Positions 14,741 to 29,790 of a DNA stretch of 64,000 bases are shown here, piece by piece (positions within the stretch are counted from its first letter, which is position 1; every line of letters starts with the position of its first letter). Source of the DNA: the human T2T-CHM13v2.0 reference genome, Homo sapiens; the NCBI RefSeq assembly GCF_009914755.1, contig NC_060946.1; one strand, given 5' to 3'. Position numbers and translations under genes: made by a program. The notes under the pieces were generated by a model. The model had not been told where the DNA came from. It was given only the letters and a program-made list of their open reading frames with translations, and made no database searches.

Positions 14741-15991
14741 CTCACAAATTCTAAGAGGAGTGGGGGACCACAAAGGCCAGTGTGGCCCACTTCAGTTGTG
14801 AAGTTAATTTGCTCAGCAACTGGCCAAAGTCTATAAGGATGGGTGATGTATTTTAGTAGATTTAGTAATACTATCTTCCCAAGCCCTAAAATGCTCAAAT
14901 CCTGCCAGCCAAAAATGGTGAGGAGGGACAGATAGGAACTCTGTGTGGCACTTGGTTATTAGCCTGGCTTCCATCCCTTAGTGGCAACTCTCTTGTATAT
15001 GTGGGTTAAAGACCCTCAGCCTCAAGCCAAGCCTCCTCCATGAGGAGCCATCTCACTATTGACCGGCTAGTGCCGGGTATGGCCACCAGCCCAACTGAAA
15101 CAAAATGTTGCTCTAAAACAAGTGTAAATCTCATACATACAACAGGCAAATGCAGAAGCAGTGTGGTCTCGCAAGTTGTAAAGAGGACAGTCGCAATTTT
15201 GCTGGACTTCAACCTGGGTAGAAGACATGAGGGAACTCTGTCACTAAATCACGGCAGAGTTCAAGGCCACTTGTAGACTATTTCATGTTACAGAAGGTGG
15301 CCTTTAGCTACTAAGCAAAGGCCTCTGTTTCTCATTTCTTTCCTGTTCATCTTCTTGGTCATCCTTCTTCCGCAAGGGAAACGAGCCCAAGCAAAAGGCA
15401 GTTTCAATATTAATTTGACTGAGGTTTTGTGCAGTTTATTATCATCCAGGTAATCAGGTGCAACCCAGTCTGCCTAGCAGCCCCCCTATCTCTGCTCTGT
15501 GTTTTCATTTAATAAACATTTTGGTCTACTTACTATGTGCTAGATTTTCTCGAGACCAAGTAAATGAGATAGAATCTTTATGTTGGCAGCTAAGTTAGAT
15601 TTCACATAACTGACAAAAATTAAAATTTCTGATTTCTTGTAAAAATATTTTGTATGTGTGAATGCATACTGAATGTAAAGTGGATAAAAAACTCACACTT
15701 GCACTCATGGAAGGCTTTTCATGAATTTGTCAATTTTTATTTTTTATATTTCTCCACTTCACCAGATAATGCATACCTGAACCTGGAAACTGATTCCCAC
15801 TGCAGAAAGTGTTCTGAGCCACATCCCTTAGCTTCACTAGTGCAGGTCCACCTGGGAGGATGTCCCAGCATCAGCTTGACACATGCTGTGATCAGCCACC
15901 TCCATGCATCACACCAAGCAAGCCCCTGGGTGATTCACAGTCTCCACCACCAGGGCACTGACCTTAACTCTGTGTTTTTCTAGCTCCCCAT

Positions 15992-18080
15992 GAGGACACC
16001 GTACACGACATCACTAACGAGGACGCCACACACGACATCGCTAACGAGGATACTGTACACGACATCGCTAACGAGGCCGCCGACAAGGGCATCGCCAACG
16101 AGGACGCCGCCCACGGCATCGCCAGCGAGGACGCCGCCCACGGCATCGCCAGCGAGGACGCCGCCCAGGGCATCGCCAGCGAGGACGCCGCCCAGGGCAT
16201 CGCCAGCGAGGACGCCGCCCAGGGCATCGCCAAGGAGGACGCCGCCCAGGGCATCGCCAACGAGGACGCCGCCCAGGGCATCGCCAACGAGGGCGCCGCC
16301 CAGGGCATCGCCAAGGAGGACGCCGCCCAGGGCATCGCCAAAGAGGGCGCCGCCCACGGCATCGCCAACGAGGACGCCGCCCAGGGCATCGCCAACGAGG
16401 ACTCCGCCCACGGAATCGCCAGCGAGGACGCCGCCCACGGCATCGCCAGCGAGGACGCCGTCCAGGGCATCGCCAAGGAGGACGCCGCCCAGGGCATCGC
16501 CAACGAGGACGCCGCCCAGGGCATCGCCAAGGAGGACGCCGCCCAGGGCATCGCCAAGGAGGACGCCGCCCAGGGCATCGCCAACGAGGGCGCCGCCCAG
16601 GGCATCGCCAAAGAGGACGCCGCCCAGGGCATCGCCAACGAGGACGCCGCCCAGGGCATCGCCAACGAGGACGCCGCCCACGGAATCGCCAGCGAGGACG
16701 CCGCCCACGGCATCGCCAGCGAGGACGCCGTCCAGGGCATCGCCAAGGAGGATGCCGCCCAGGGCATCGCCAACGAGGACGCCGCCCAGGGCATCGCCAA
16801 CGAGGACGCCGCCCAGGGCATCGCCAAAGAGGACGCCGCCCACGGCATCGCCAACGAGCTGTATACGACATCGCTAACGAGGACACCCTACAAGCCGTCG
16901 CTAACAAGTACACTGTACACAACATCGCTAATGAGGGCACTGTACAAGACATCACCAATGAGGGCGCTTTATACGACATTGCTAATGGCACCGACAAGGC
17001 ACGCTAACGTGGACGCTGTACACGACATTGCTAATGAGGACAGCGTATAAGACATCGCTAGTAACTATCGCAAGAACAAAAAACCAAACACCGCATATTC
17101 TCACTCATAGATGGGAATTGAACAATGAGATCACATGGACACAGGAAGGGGAATATCACACTCTGGGGACTGTTGTGGGGTGGGGGGGGAGGGATAGCAT
17201 CGGGAGATATACCTAATGCTAGATGATGAGTTAGTGGGTGCAGCGCACCAGCGTGGCACATGTATACATATGTAACTAACCTGCACAATGTGCACATGTA
17301 CCCTAAAACTTAAAGTATATATATATATAAAAAGACATCGCTAGTGAGCACGCTGTATACGACATCGCTAATGAGGACACCATACAAGGCATCGCTAACG
17401 ATGACGCTGTACACAACATCACTAATGATGACACCGTATAAGACATCGCTAATTATGACGCTGTATACGACATCGCTAATGACACCGTACAAGGCACGCT
17501 AACGAGGATGCTGTACACGACATCACTAATGAGGACAGTGTACAAGCCATCACTAATGAGGACACTGTATATGGCATCGCTAACGAGGACACTGTACAAG
17601 GCATTGCTAACGAGGACGCTGTACACAACATCGCTAATGAGGACACCATATAAGACATCACCAATGAGGATGCTGTATATGACATCGCTAATGGCACCCA
17701 CAAGGCATGCTAACGAGGATGCTGTAGACGACATTGCTTATAAGGACACCGTACAAGACATCGCTAACGAGGACGCTGTATATGACATCGCTAATGAGGA
17801 CGTATATGACATCGCTAATGAGGATGCTTTACAAGACATAGCTAATGAGGTTGCTGTATATGACATCGCTAATGAGGACATTGTATATGACATCGCTAAT
17901 GAGGACGCTCTATACGACATCATTAATGAGGACGCTGTATACAACATCGCTAATGAGGACGCTGTATATGGCATCGCTAATGAGGATGCTGTATACGAAT
18001 TCGCTAATAAGGACGCTGTATATGACATTGCTAATGAGGACACTGTACAAGACATCTGTAAAAAAGAAGATGCTGCCAAT
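15992..18080 (+). repeat. 27-bp tandem repeat array (GAGGACGCCGCCCAGGGCATCGCCAAC), roughly 67 units; CpG-rich core about 16075-16858
   Basis: Direct reading; 9-aa periodicity in all translated frames. Confidence 0.98.
17063..17331 (+). mobile_element. 5'-truncated young L1 (L1PA2-like) inserted in the repeat exon
   Basis: L1 3'UTR with gagatcacatgg, GAG at the Ta-diagnostic site and cttaaagtat. 14-bp TSD aagacatcgctagt at 17049-17062 and 17332-17345. Confidence 0.93.
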
Positions 18081-18613
18081 GTAAGACACTTTTCTTTGTC
18101 TTGAACAGAAATGTTACTTTCCTGGCTTCTTTCCAATCAGATGTAGACATGAACATCTGCCAGTGTGCATTATCGATGTCATCTGCAGTTTAATCAAATG
18201 TAGACATGAACATCTGCCAATGTGGACTATTTATGACATCTGCAATTCCCTTGGTGTGGTGCTATTGATTGGCAGCCTCTCACCAACCCATGCCAGGCAC
18301 ACTGGGGTGTGGTAGATGGCAGCATCCACGATCCACTGCAATGCAGAGGTGTTTCCCTCCACAGCAGTTTTCCCCCATGGATTAAGAGTTGTGAAACTGC
18401 CAATCTAGATACACTTTAAAGATAAATTCTGTGGGAAAAGGTCTTGTCTTTTCCACAGGTGTCTTCCGTGCCAGTTTTGGGGGACTTCGACCTTTGACTC
18501 AATCACTATACCCCTTCCTATTTTCTCTCTCAAGTTGTCGAGAGACTATCAGATCTGTGTGACGTGTATGGCATCATTTCACCCTCCTAATGTTTTCTTT
18601 TCTATAATTGCAG

Positions 18614-18686
18614 GAGCCATTGACACTGGAGAATGATACGTACCCTGAAATAACTCACTTCCTGAGGAAAAAGCGCCATCTCTAGG
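18614..18686 (+). other. FAM230: FAM230 exon (EPLTLENDTYPEITHFLRKKRHL-stop)
   Basis: ttgcag|GAGCCA...CTCTAGG|gtacag; in frame with the donor at 18080. Confidence 0.7.
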
Positions 18687-20079
18687 GTACAGAAACCTGA
18701 TTCTGGGCTCCTTTTGCGAAGGAGGATTTGGGGTCTGGTGAGAGCAAATGATTTTGCAAGTATAAAACCATGTCCAGAGAGGCTGTAGGGATATCTGTGA
18801 GCCCAGAGGAAACACCAGGGGATCCTGTGCGAAGCACCATGGCTTCAGCTAGGGTGGGAGGAGTGGGTGGGCCTCTCTCTAATGACTTATCCTGGTGTTT
18901 GTGTTTCTAAAGATTTGATTGTGGAGAGCATATCTGATGATGGGGATTTGTAGGTAGGTAACTGCTTTCCACGTAAGATCCAATTGGAGAGAGTTCCCAG
19001 GGGCCTTCGGGGTATCCATGCTGCTTGGGAGGTTAAGGGAGGGGGCATGAAATCAAAACGAAACAGGAAATATGTGTCATATTGGATTTGGTCTTTTCCG
19101 GGTTTATTGGCATAATAGTTAGAACTGTCTCTCTGGGCTATGAGGGTGCTGTGTTATTTAAAGGTGGTCTTTCCCAGAACACCTGGCCTTTTCTTTTCTG
19201 CCTCTGCCAAACATCACAGCCTTTGGGTTGGATTAGTCAGCACCCCTTGGGATTGTGCAGAAGAGGTTTGGGGTTGCATCGAGTGTCACCTGTGGTGAAC
19301 AGAATCTGAGAGACACAACTCTCTCACAGGCACTTCCTCCAACCTGGAGACAGAATTCTCCTGGTGTGTGCCCAGGGGTGGAGGAGAAATTGACAGTTTG
19401 CCTCTGAACTTTCAGGACTTTAAAAAGCACTCATGTTTCCATCCTCACTGTTGACTCCTGGCTTAAAGGGATCTCCCGGGGTGAGTGAGGAGGCGGGATC
19501 GGACCCTGGCAGTCTGACGGCAGCACCTGTGTTCCTCTGCACTGGGCCGTGGATGACATTACACACCTTGGTGAGAATCAGGAATTGAGGCTAACCACAT
19601 CTGAAATTGAGATGGGCCTTGAGTCATATAAATAGTTTGGAAAAGATGCATTTTACTACGTACGCTATTGAAAGAAACCATTTATTTCTCACTCCAGCAG
19701 GATAAATGGTTTTCAGTATCCATTTAACTGCTCATTGACTCTTACTGTAGATGAGGAGGTGGCCAGCAGCCCCTGCCCTCCCCCAGTTGGTAGGCCCAAG
19801 GTAACCAGCAATTGACTGGATATAATGGAAGAGTGGTGCATTCGGAGGTATCTGTATTAATGGGACCCACATGATATGGATGAGAGCTATTAGGGTGAGA
19901 AAAAGCCTGGGAGCACAATGAAATATTTAAATATTAAACAAAACATTGTTGAAATCTCCATTGTACTTTAGTAGTTGAAGTCATTCTTGTGGTCATCACT
20001 GCCTTTCCCAAGCATAACAAGCTACTTAATATCACATGGACCCGTGCCATGAGGAATGATGATCAGTTTGTAAAATGCC

Positions 20080-20085
20080 AATAAA
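20080..20085 (+). terminator. Candidate FAM230 polyadenylation signal
   Basis: AATAAA downstream of candidate acceptors near 19697 and 19750. Confidence 0.3.
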
Positions 20086-20759
20086 ACAATTGCCTATATA
20101 AGCCACAATGTTTCATCCATATATTTCAATTTCCATGTGTAAGTATAGTTCAAATTTCAGAAATTTATTATTATCTAATAGAATATGCATGGTATATCAA
20201 TGAGCAATTATCATACTGTTTCTATTAACAATTATTTGTATGATGAAAAAAGCAGACTCCCATTCTTGGATTTTTCTCAGTTTGCACACATTAGCATGAC
20301 AGCCCCATTTCCACCTGACATGTGCCAGCAAGAGGCCAGGAACAGAGGCTTTTCTTATTAACTAAGATTTCTAAATGTATTACGTATTCACATTTAGAAA
20401 CTCTAAATATCATAAAAGGTTAGCAAGGAAGTTTCCCTTCCACTCTGAACTTCCAAACACCAAGTCAACTTTTTTGTTTGCATATCATCCCTGCAATCTA
20501 TGTGCAAATAGAAGCATGCACCTGGAATGCAGGCTGATGTGTGATCGTGTTTACACAAAGTCCTCTGCACCTCTGCATATATCACTGGGCAATGCACCTT
20601 AGTTATCATTCCACATTTCAAATGTAAATCCATTGTATTGTTTCAGAGCTATAAAGTACTGCACCCCATGACTATTCCCAAAATTACTTAAGCACCCCGC
20701 TATGGGTATCCATTTGTTCTGTTTCCAGTCTTGCTCTTATAACCAATGCTGTAGTGAAC

Positions 20760-21132
20760 AGCACTGTGTTGAGAAGCGGTGAACGTGGGCATCTTTGTCT
20801 TGTTCCCTTCCTCAGGGGGAATGCTTTCAACTCTCCCCCATTCAGGAAAATGTTGGCTGTGGGTTTGTCATAGATAGCTTTTATTACCTTAAGTTATGTC
20901 CGTTCTATGCTGATTGTGACGAACGGTTTTAATCATAAAGAAATGCTGGATTTTGTCAAAGGCTTTTTCTGCATCTATTCAGATTATCATGTGATTTTTG
21001 TTTTTAGTTTTATTGATGTGATGTATCACATTTATTGACTTGCGTATGTTAAACCATCCCTGCATCCCTAGTATGAAACCCACTTGAATCATGGTGGATT
21101 ATCTTTTTGATATGCTGTTGGATTCAGTTAGC
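20760..21132 (-). mobile_element. L1 ORF2 internal fragment
   Basis: gggcatctttgtcttgttcc...ttggctgtgggtttgtcatagatagc...aaccatccctgcatccc. Confidence 0.85.
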
Positions 21133-22552
21133 TTGGTTGTAGCATTTCTTATTATTCCATCTGTGGAATGTATTGGTTGAAATAATGAAAACATGTTCTA
21201 TCCTCACTGCTTAGCACTTTATGTTTCTTTAATAGCCTTCCCAACAGGGCAACATAAAAGCAGGAGCCCTGCTAGTCTCCCCTTAACCCGGAATCCCCCC
21301 TTCTCCACAGCTCGCTCATTGGACAGGATAGACTGGGCGCCCAGGCTTCAAGGTAAGGACGTGCTCTGTCACCTAGAGGTGCAGTGCTTGGGAAGGCCAA
21401 CCTTGGAGGGTTGCCTGCCAGCTTTACAGTGACAGAGGTGTTGAGAGGGACTGACCACCAGTGCAGAAGGCTGCGCTTTGTTGGTGACATAAAGGATTGT
21501 TTCACAGATTGTTGGGGAGGGACAATCCCAAGGCCTCCCCTGGCCCTGGTGCTGGCTCTGCACAAAGGCAATAAGAGAGGGATGCTGGTAAGGGCTGACC
21601 TGTTGCTGTGCTGGGGAGGAAGGTGCTGGGCTGAAATTCAGGAGGCTGAGGATGCAGCAGTCCCATAGGAGGTACATGACCTTCAGGATACATTTTCTTC
21701 ATTGATGATCAATGGAAATGAGAAATCACTGACTATTTTTTCTATCATTGGAATCTACTCTCCACTGCTCATGCTGTTCCTGTCTTTTGGGGAAGATGGA
21801 GGATCAATCAGTGTGCGCTGCACTGAGTGGAAGGAAGGAGAACTGTGACAAAAATTAAGGAAGGATGAGAGACGGGAGGGCCCTTCATCCAGCTGCTTGC
21901 AGAGTCCTCCTGAGGAGGAAAGCCCCGTGGCTCCCTGGCGAAGGAGCAGTGAGGGCTGCGTGACTCCCACAGTGAAGTGTGTGGTATGTCTGAGGACACC
22001 CAGGCTGGTGGTCCATGAGGAGCCAGTGGCAGAGTGAGAAGCAGAAAGGCCAGGAGGGTGGCTGGAGGCCAGGCTCTGAGTCATTCTCCATGTGATGGAA
22101 ACAGCCGGAGCCCAGTGGGCTTGGAGGTACAGGATGCGGTGGCTGATGACAGAACAATGTGGAGAGAGGTGTCATTTGTCAAATCCTTACTTTGTTCTGG
22201 GCATTGTGCTAAAAATTCTGATGGCTCATCCCATTTAGGGGCTGAAAGTTGCAGAGGTTTAGGAAGCTCACCCACGATACTGGAGCCCCCATCTCCTGCC
22301 CTAGTGCTGTCCACCTTCTCACCCAGCCACCACCTGTTTCGGGGGAACACACAGAAGTGGTAACCTCTTATGGAGAGGCAAGTAAATTCTGCTGTTTTTG
22401 TTATTCACAGAAAAACACTGGCTCGTGTGGGTTGGGAAGGTGAAATACCAGAAGTATTTCATCTGGTTATTTCTACCCATGCGACTCCTATAGTATTGAA
22501 ATGCATAGGTTAGCATTTTTGGCCAATTTACTCAGCATTCTGGGTTAAAGGC

Positions 22553-22876
<324 letters not shown>

Positions 22877-24299
22877 TAAAGTCTTTTAAAATTCACTTGT
22901 ATAAGTTGACTTAGTTTTCTTTAACCTTGTAGAAAAATACAAAAATGGCAATCTCTTTTATCACACAAATAATGTCTTTTTAATGGAGTGATTTTTTTCT
23001 AATTGAGGTATTATGTACTTTTCATTTACTAATTATTGTTTACATTTGAAGTGTTTTATGAATTAATATTTAATTGCACAGATGAAGATTACTAGTTATA
23101 GGCATTTTACTAACCAATACTCATTAAGCATAGCGTGGATTCATATGACATCAAGGAGCTATTTTATTTGGTAAAACGAAAAAGCACAAGAATGAACGAA
23201 CGCAAGAACTGAAACAGTGGAGACATCTAGAATGACTTGTCTAAGATCTAAATCATTTTGTTGTCTTCCCAGCGTACTTATTATCCTGATCATTGTCATC
23301 AGCATTGTTTGGGTCCTTTTAGCACAGATTTCTCAAAATGGGTAACTCCATAACAGTTGGAAGCTTACGAATTCATATAATTTGTAAGAGGTCAATTTGG
23401 AAGTACCTATCTATTTTAAAATTCCAATAACCTGGGAATTTCATCCCATGTCTAGAGTCTTTTATGTAAAATATTTCCACAATTAGGAGAAATATGTGCA
23501 TGGGGATTTTCTATGTAGCGGTGTTTTGATGGAATAGAAAATTGGGATAAACCAAATTTCCATCACGAAGGAAATAGTAATATGCTGAATAATAATACAG
23601 CGAATATTATGCAGGCTTTAAACATCAAAAAAGAGTTCAACTTCTGACTTCCGATGATGGTGTTGAAGCAGGTCACTGCTGGTTTACATTTGATTTTCAT
23701 GTGGGAACTCTGGAAGTCCGCCTTAGTGATTTTACATGTGGCTAAATTGAGCTAATGACAAGCTGTTCGAAGTATGGCAAAATGGAACTTTAAAACAGTA
23801 TCTTGTCAACAACCAAGAGGACCTGTTTCACATAAAGCCCAGGCATTCATCTGCCTGTCCATCATTCTGTCTGTCCACACGGGCATCATTCGTTAGTGGA
23901 ACTGAGTGCCCGCTGTCGAGCTGACAAGCCCATAACCTCCCTGTTCCTAGTCACACATTAATTCTTCAACAAGTCCCTTTTGATAGATTGTGATTAAGCT
24001 TAGCTACTATTTCCAATTGCTTCCCCAAACGTACTTCTCACTGTTCTCCCATCACACCCTTCAGCCCATCCATGCGGGGTTCCTTTGCTTTTCCCACCTT
24101 ACACCAAACTCCCTATTTTTACTCCCACTTTTACCTCCTCTCCAAGACAAAACAAACAAAACTAGCATTTTAAAACTTAGTTGTAATCTTTCTTCCTTCA
24201 TGAAAATTTCTCCAACAGCCACTCCCACGGTCCTGTGTGTTCCGGATATTTTAAAATAATGGCTATAAGGTTGAGCACTTCAGGATACGCTGTTTTGCT

Positions 24300-24512
24300 G
24301 TGTGCAGATGGAGGCAGTGGCTGGAGTGAATGAACGGCAACACTTGCTGGCAACCGGCAGAAGCTGAGAGACAGGGAACAGGCTCTCCTCCAGAGCCTCC
24401 AGGAGCCAGGCCTTTGGACACCTTGAATGTGGGCTTCTGGGAGACCATGCGTTTCTGTTATAAGCAGCCCAGTCTCTGGCAGTTTTTACGGCTGCCCTGG
24501 AACACTCATCTA
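24300..24512 (+). mobile_element. MaLR (MLT1-type) LTR fragment
   Basis: cagaagctgagagacagggaacagg...agagcctccagg...tttctgttataagcagcccag. Confidence 0.65.
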
Positions 24513-26164
24513 TACCTGTCTGACAAGGTCAAGCTCCAAGGAAGGGACTCTCTACATATCTACATTGTTTGCAGATTTTACAATAATCATTTATTCTTGC
24601 ATGGCTGATCATTGTTAACCAATACAAATAAAATAATAAAGAAATGACCCACATTTTATGTTGGGAGTTTGATCTGCCATTTATCAAGTATGGAATCTTG
24701 AACAAGGGGTTAAACATCTGAATGTCTCCATCACTTCATCTCTAAAGTGGGGGTGCTCACACCCACTGGGCTCCCCCACCCAGGTTGGTGCCGGACTCTC
24801 CCTGGGCCCCCCTGTTCTCTCACCAGCCACATCCATTCTCCCCCCAGAGGCGCTAGTGACTGTGCGTGGCTTTCCATTCCCACCACGTTTGTCTCTAACC
24901 CCAGTGGCAGATCAGTGTAAGAACACAGCTGAGTGCTTCTCACCTCCTTGCCCCTTCAAGGGCTCCTCACCACCCACCAGATCAGGTGCAAACTTCCAAG
25001 CCTTACTGGATCCCCTTCCACATTCTGAGCTCCGCCTGCCTTCCCATCGCTATCCTTCCCCACCTGCCTCCCTGGTAGAGAAAAGCGGAGTGTGTGATGC
25101 TGTCTGAATGCTGAGCACGGCCTTTTGCAGCCAGTCCACTGTGTACGCTGCCCCTATCGGAGACCTCCACCTTAACCCTTTCCAGCCTGGAGGCTCCTCC
25201 CAGGGCCCCACAACAGAAGTGACTTCCCTTGCCTTTGAATTTCTATAGCACAATCCCTACTGCCCCCCGTTAAAACTGCAAAGTCCTTTTGTGGAAAATA
25301 ACTTTATTCATGACTGTGTTTATCACACTATCTTATGGAGAAGAGATGATCAATAAATATTTGCTGAATAAATGAATAGCAGTTACAAAACACTTGATTC
25401 ATATGGAATTAATGTTGGTTCTCAAAGTGAAAAATTACAAACAGCACTGATATTCGGCCAGTATACAAGTCTGGTCACAGCAGTTGTATAATACTGAAAT
25501 ACCCCCTGCCACTGACCTTTGGCCCCCAGATGCCTCCCACTGCCACTGCTCTCCCCACTGGGAACCCCTGAAGTTCCCACAGGCTCATAACTAAAGGGCT
25601 AATGTCTCGCACAGCAGCGAGCACCCAGGACCGAGCAGCCACATGGCCGGGTCTGCTGGTGAAAGCATCCATTCTGACTGATCAGGACCTGAGGGGCCTC
25701 ATGGTTACATATTTTGATAATATCCCTAATTATAAATAAGGCTCAGTTATATAGTTTGAAAACAATGCTTCTCCTCATTGCAAAATCTCTTAGAAGACTC
25801 CGTAGATCCAGGAATGGAAATGGAAAATGACAGCGTGTCAATCTCTGAAGGTTTTGGGCATTTCCATTAGCACTCCATCTTCATGTAAACCAGAAGATAT
25901 GCAGTTTCCTGCCTAGAGAGAAGAGAAGACACATCAGCACAGCGGCATGAAAGCTTCATCAGAAAACAATGCTTCATTAATCTGTGACAGGACAAGCGTC
26001 AGCAAACTTCCAGGCGGCTGGATTAGGCCTTCATCTATCCATCACCTTGGAGAGGAACAAAATAGGTGGCCTGGGAAGATAAGCACTAGGTTTCTATTAG
26101 TTAATATCTAAAGCGGAGGTTAACAAGCTATGGACACACAAGCCAAACCCAGCCCTCTTGGGGT

Positions 26165-26365
26165 TTTTTAAATCTACTTTCAACTTTTATTTTAGATTCA
26201 GCGGGCACATGTGCAGGTTTGTCACGTGGATATGAGCATACTCCCCAACAGTTGGCCTTTCACCCCTCCCCTCCCTCCCCATCCAGCAGTTCCCAGTTGT
26301 TGCCATCTTTAAGTCAATGAGTCCCCATGTTTAGCTCCCATTTATAAGAGAGAACATGCATTATG
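26165..26365 (-). mobile_element. L1PA 3'-end fragment
   Basis: cacatgtgcaggtttgt...tttagctcccatttataagagagaacatgc. Confidence 0.8.
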
Positions 26366-26385
26366 TTTTGTTTGTTTTTTGCTGG

Positions 26386-26512
<127 letters not shown>

Positions 26513-26992
26513 TAAAGTATGTATTTTTTTAAAGAAAATCGTCTTCAGTGATTTTCTAATTTTTCTAGATTTTCTAGTTTTTCCATGCCTATTTTCAGCA
26601 GGTTGCATTAACATGTACGTGGTGACTTAGCTTTCTGAAAAGAGCTATGGTATAATGAATATATGCCACTTGCCAGAAACCATGGTCAACACCATACATA
26701 CCTCATTCCTAAGTGACCTATAAACATAGCAAGGCTGGCATTACCATGCCCATTTTATAGATGAAAAGATCAAGGCTTGGTGATGCTAAGAGACAGGTCT
26801 AAAGCTACAAGTTTACAAAGTAACAAAGTCAATTTAATCATAAGCACATTCACTTCTTTGTTCACTTTTCAGATACAATGTTTAAAAATATGTCAAATGA
26901 TAAGCATTTCCTATTTGTTTTACTCTGAAATATAGTGATGTCCTTTGCCAGCTACTTAAAAATGTTTTGTCCTTACTCTGAAATATGAATAA

Positions 26993-29790
<2,798 letters not shown>

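Noticed and set aside
15964-16997. Long ORFs over the array (RTPPRASP on +, three on -) as independent genes
   Set aside because: They arise because the GC-rich 27-mer lacks stops in every frame. Splice phases at both ends of the exon point to the acidic frame instead.
15992-18080. CRISPR-like array
   Set aside because: Units are head-to-tail with no unique spacers, there are no cas genes, and the DNA is primate.
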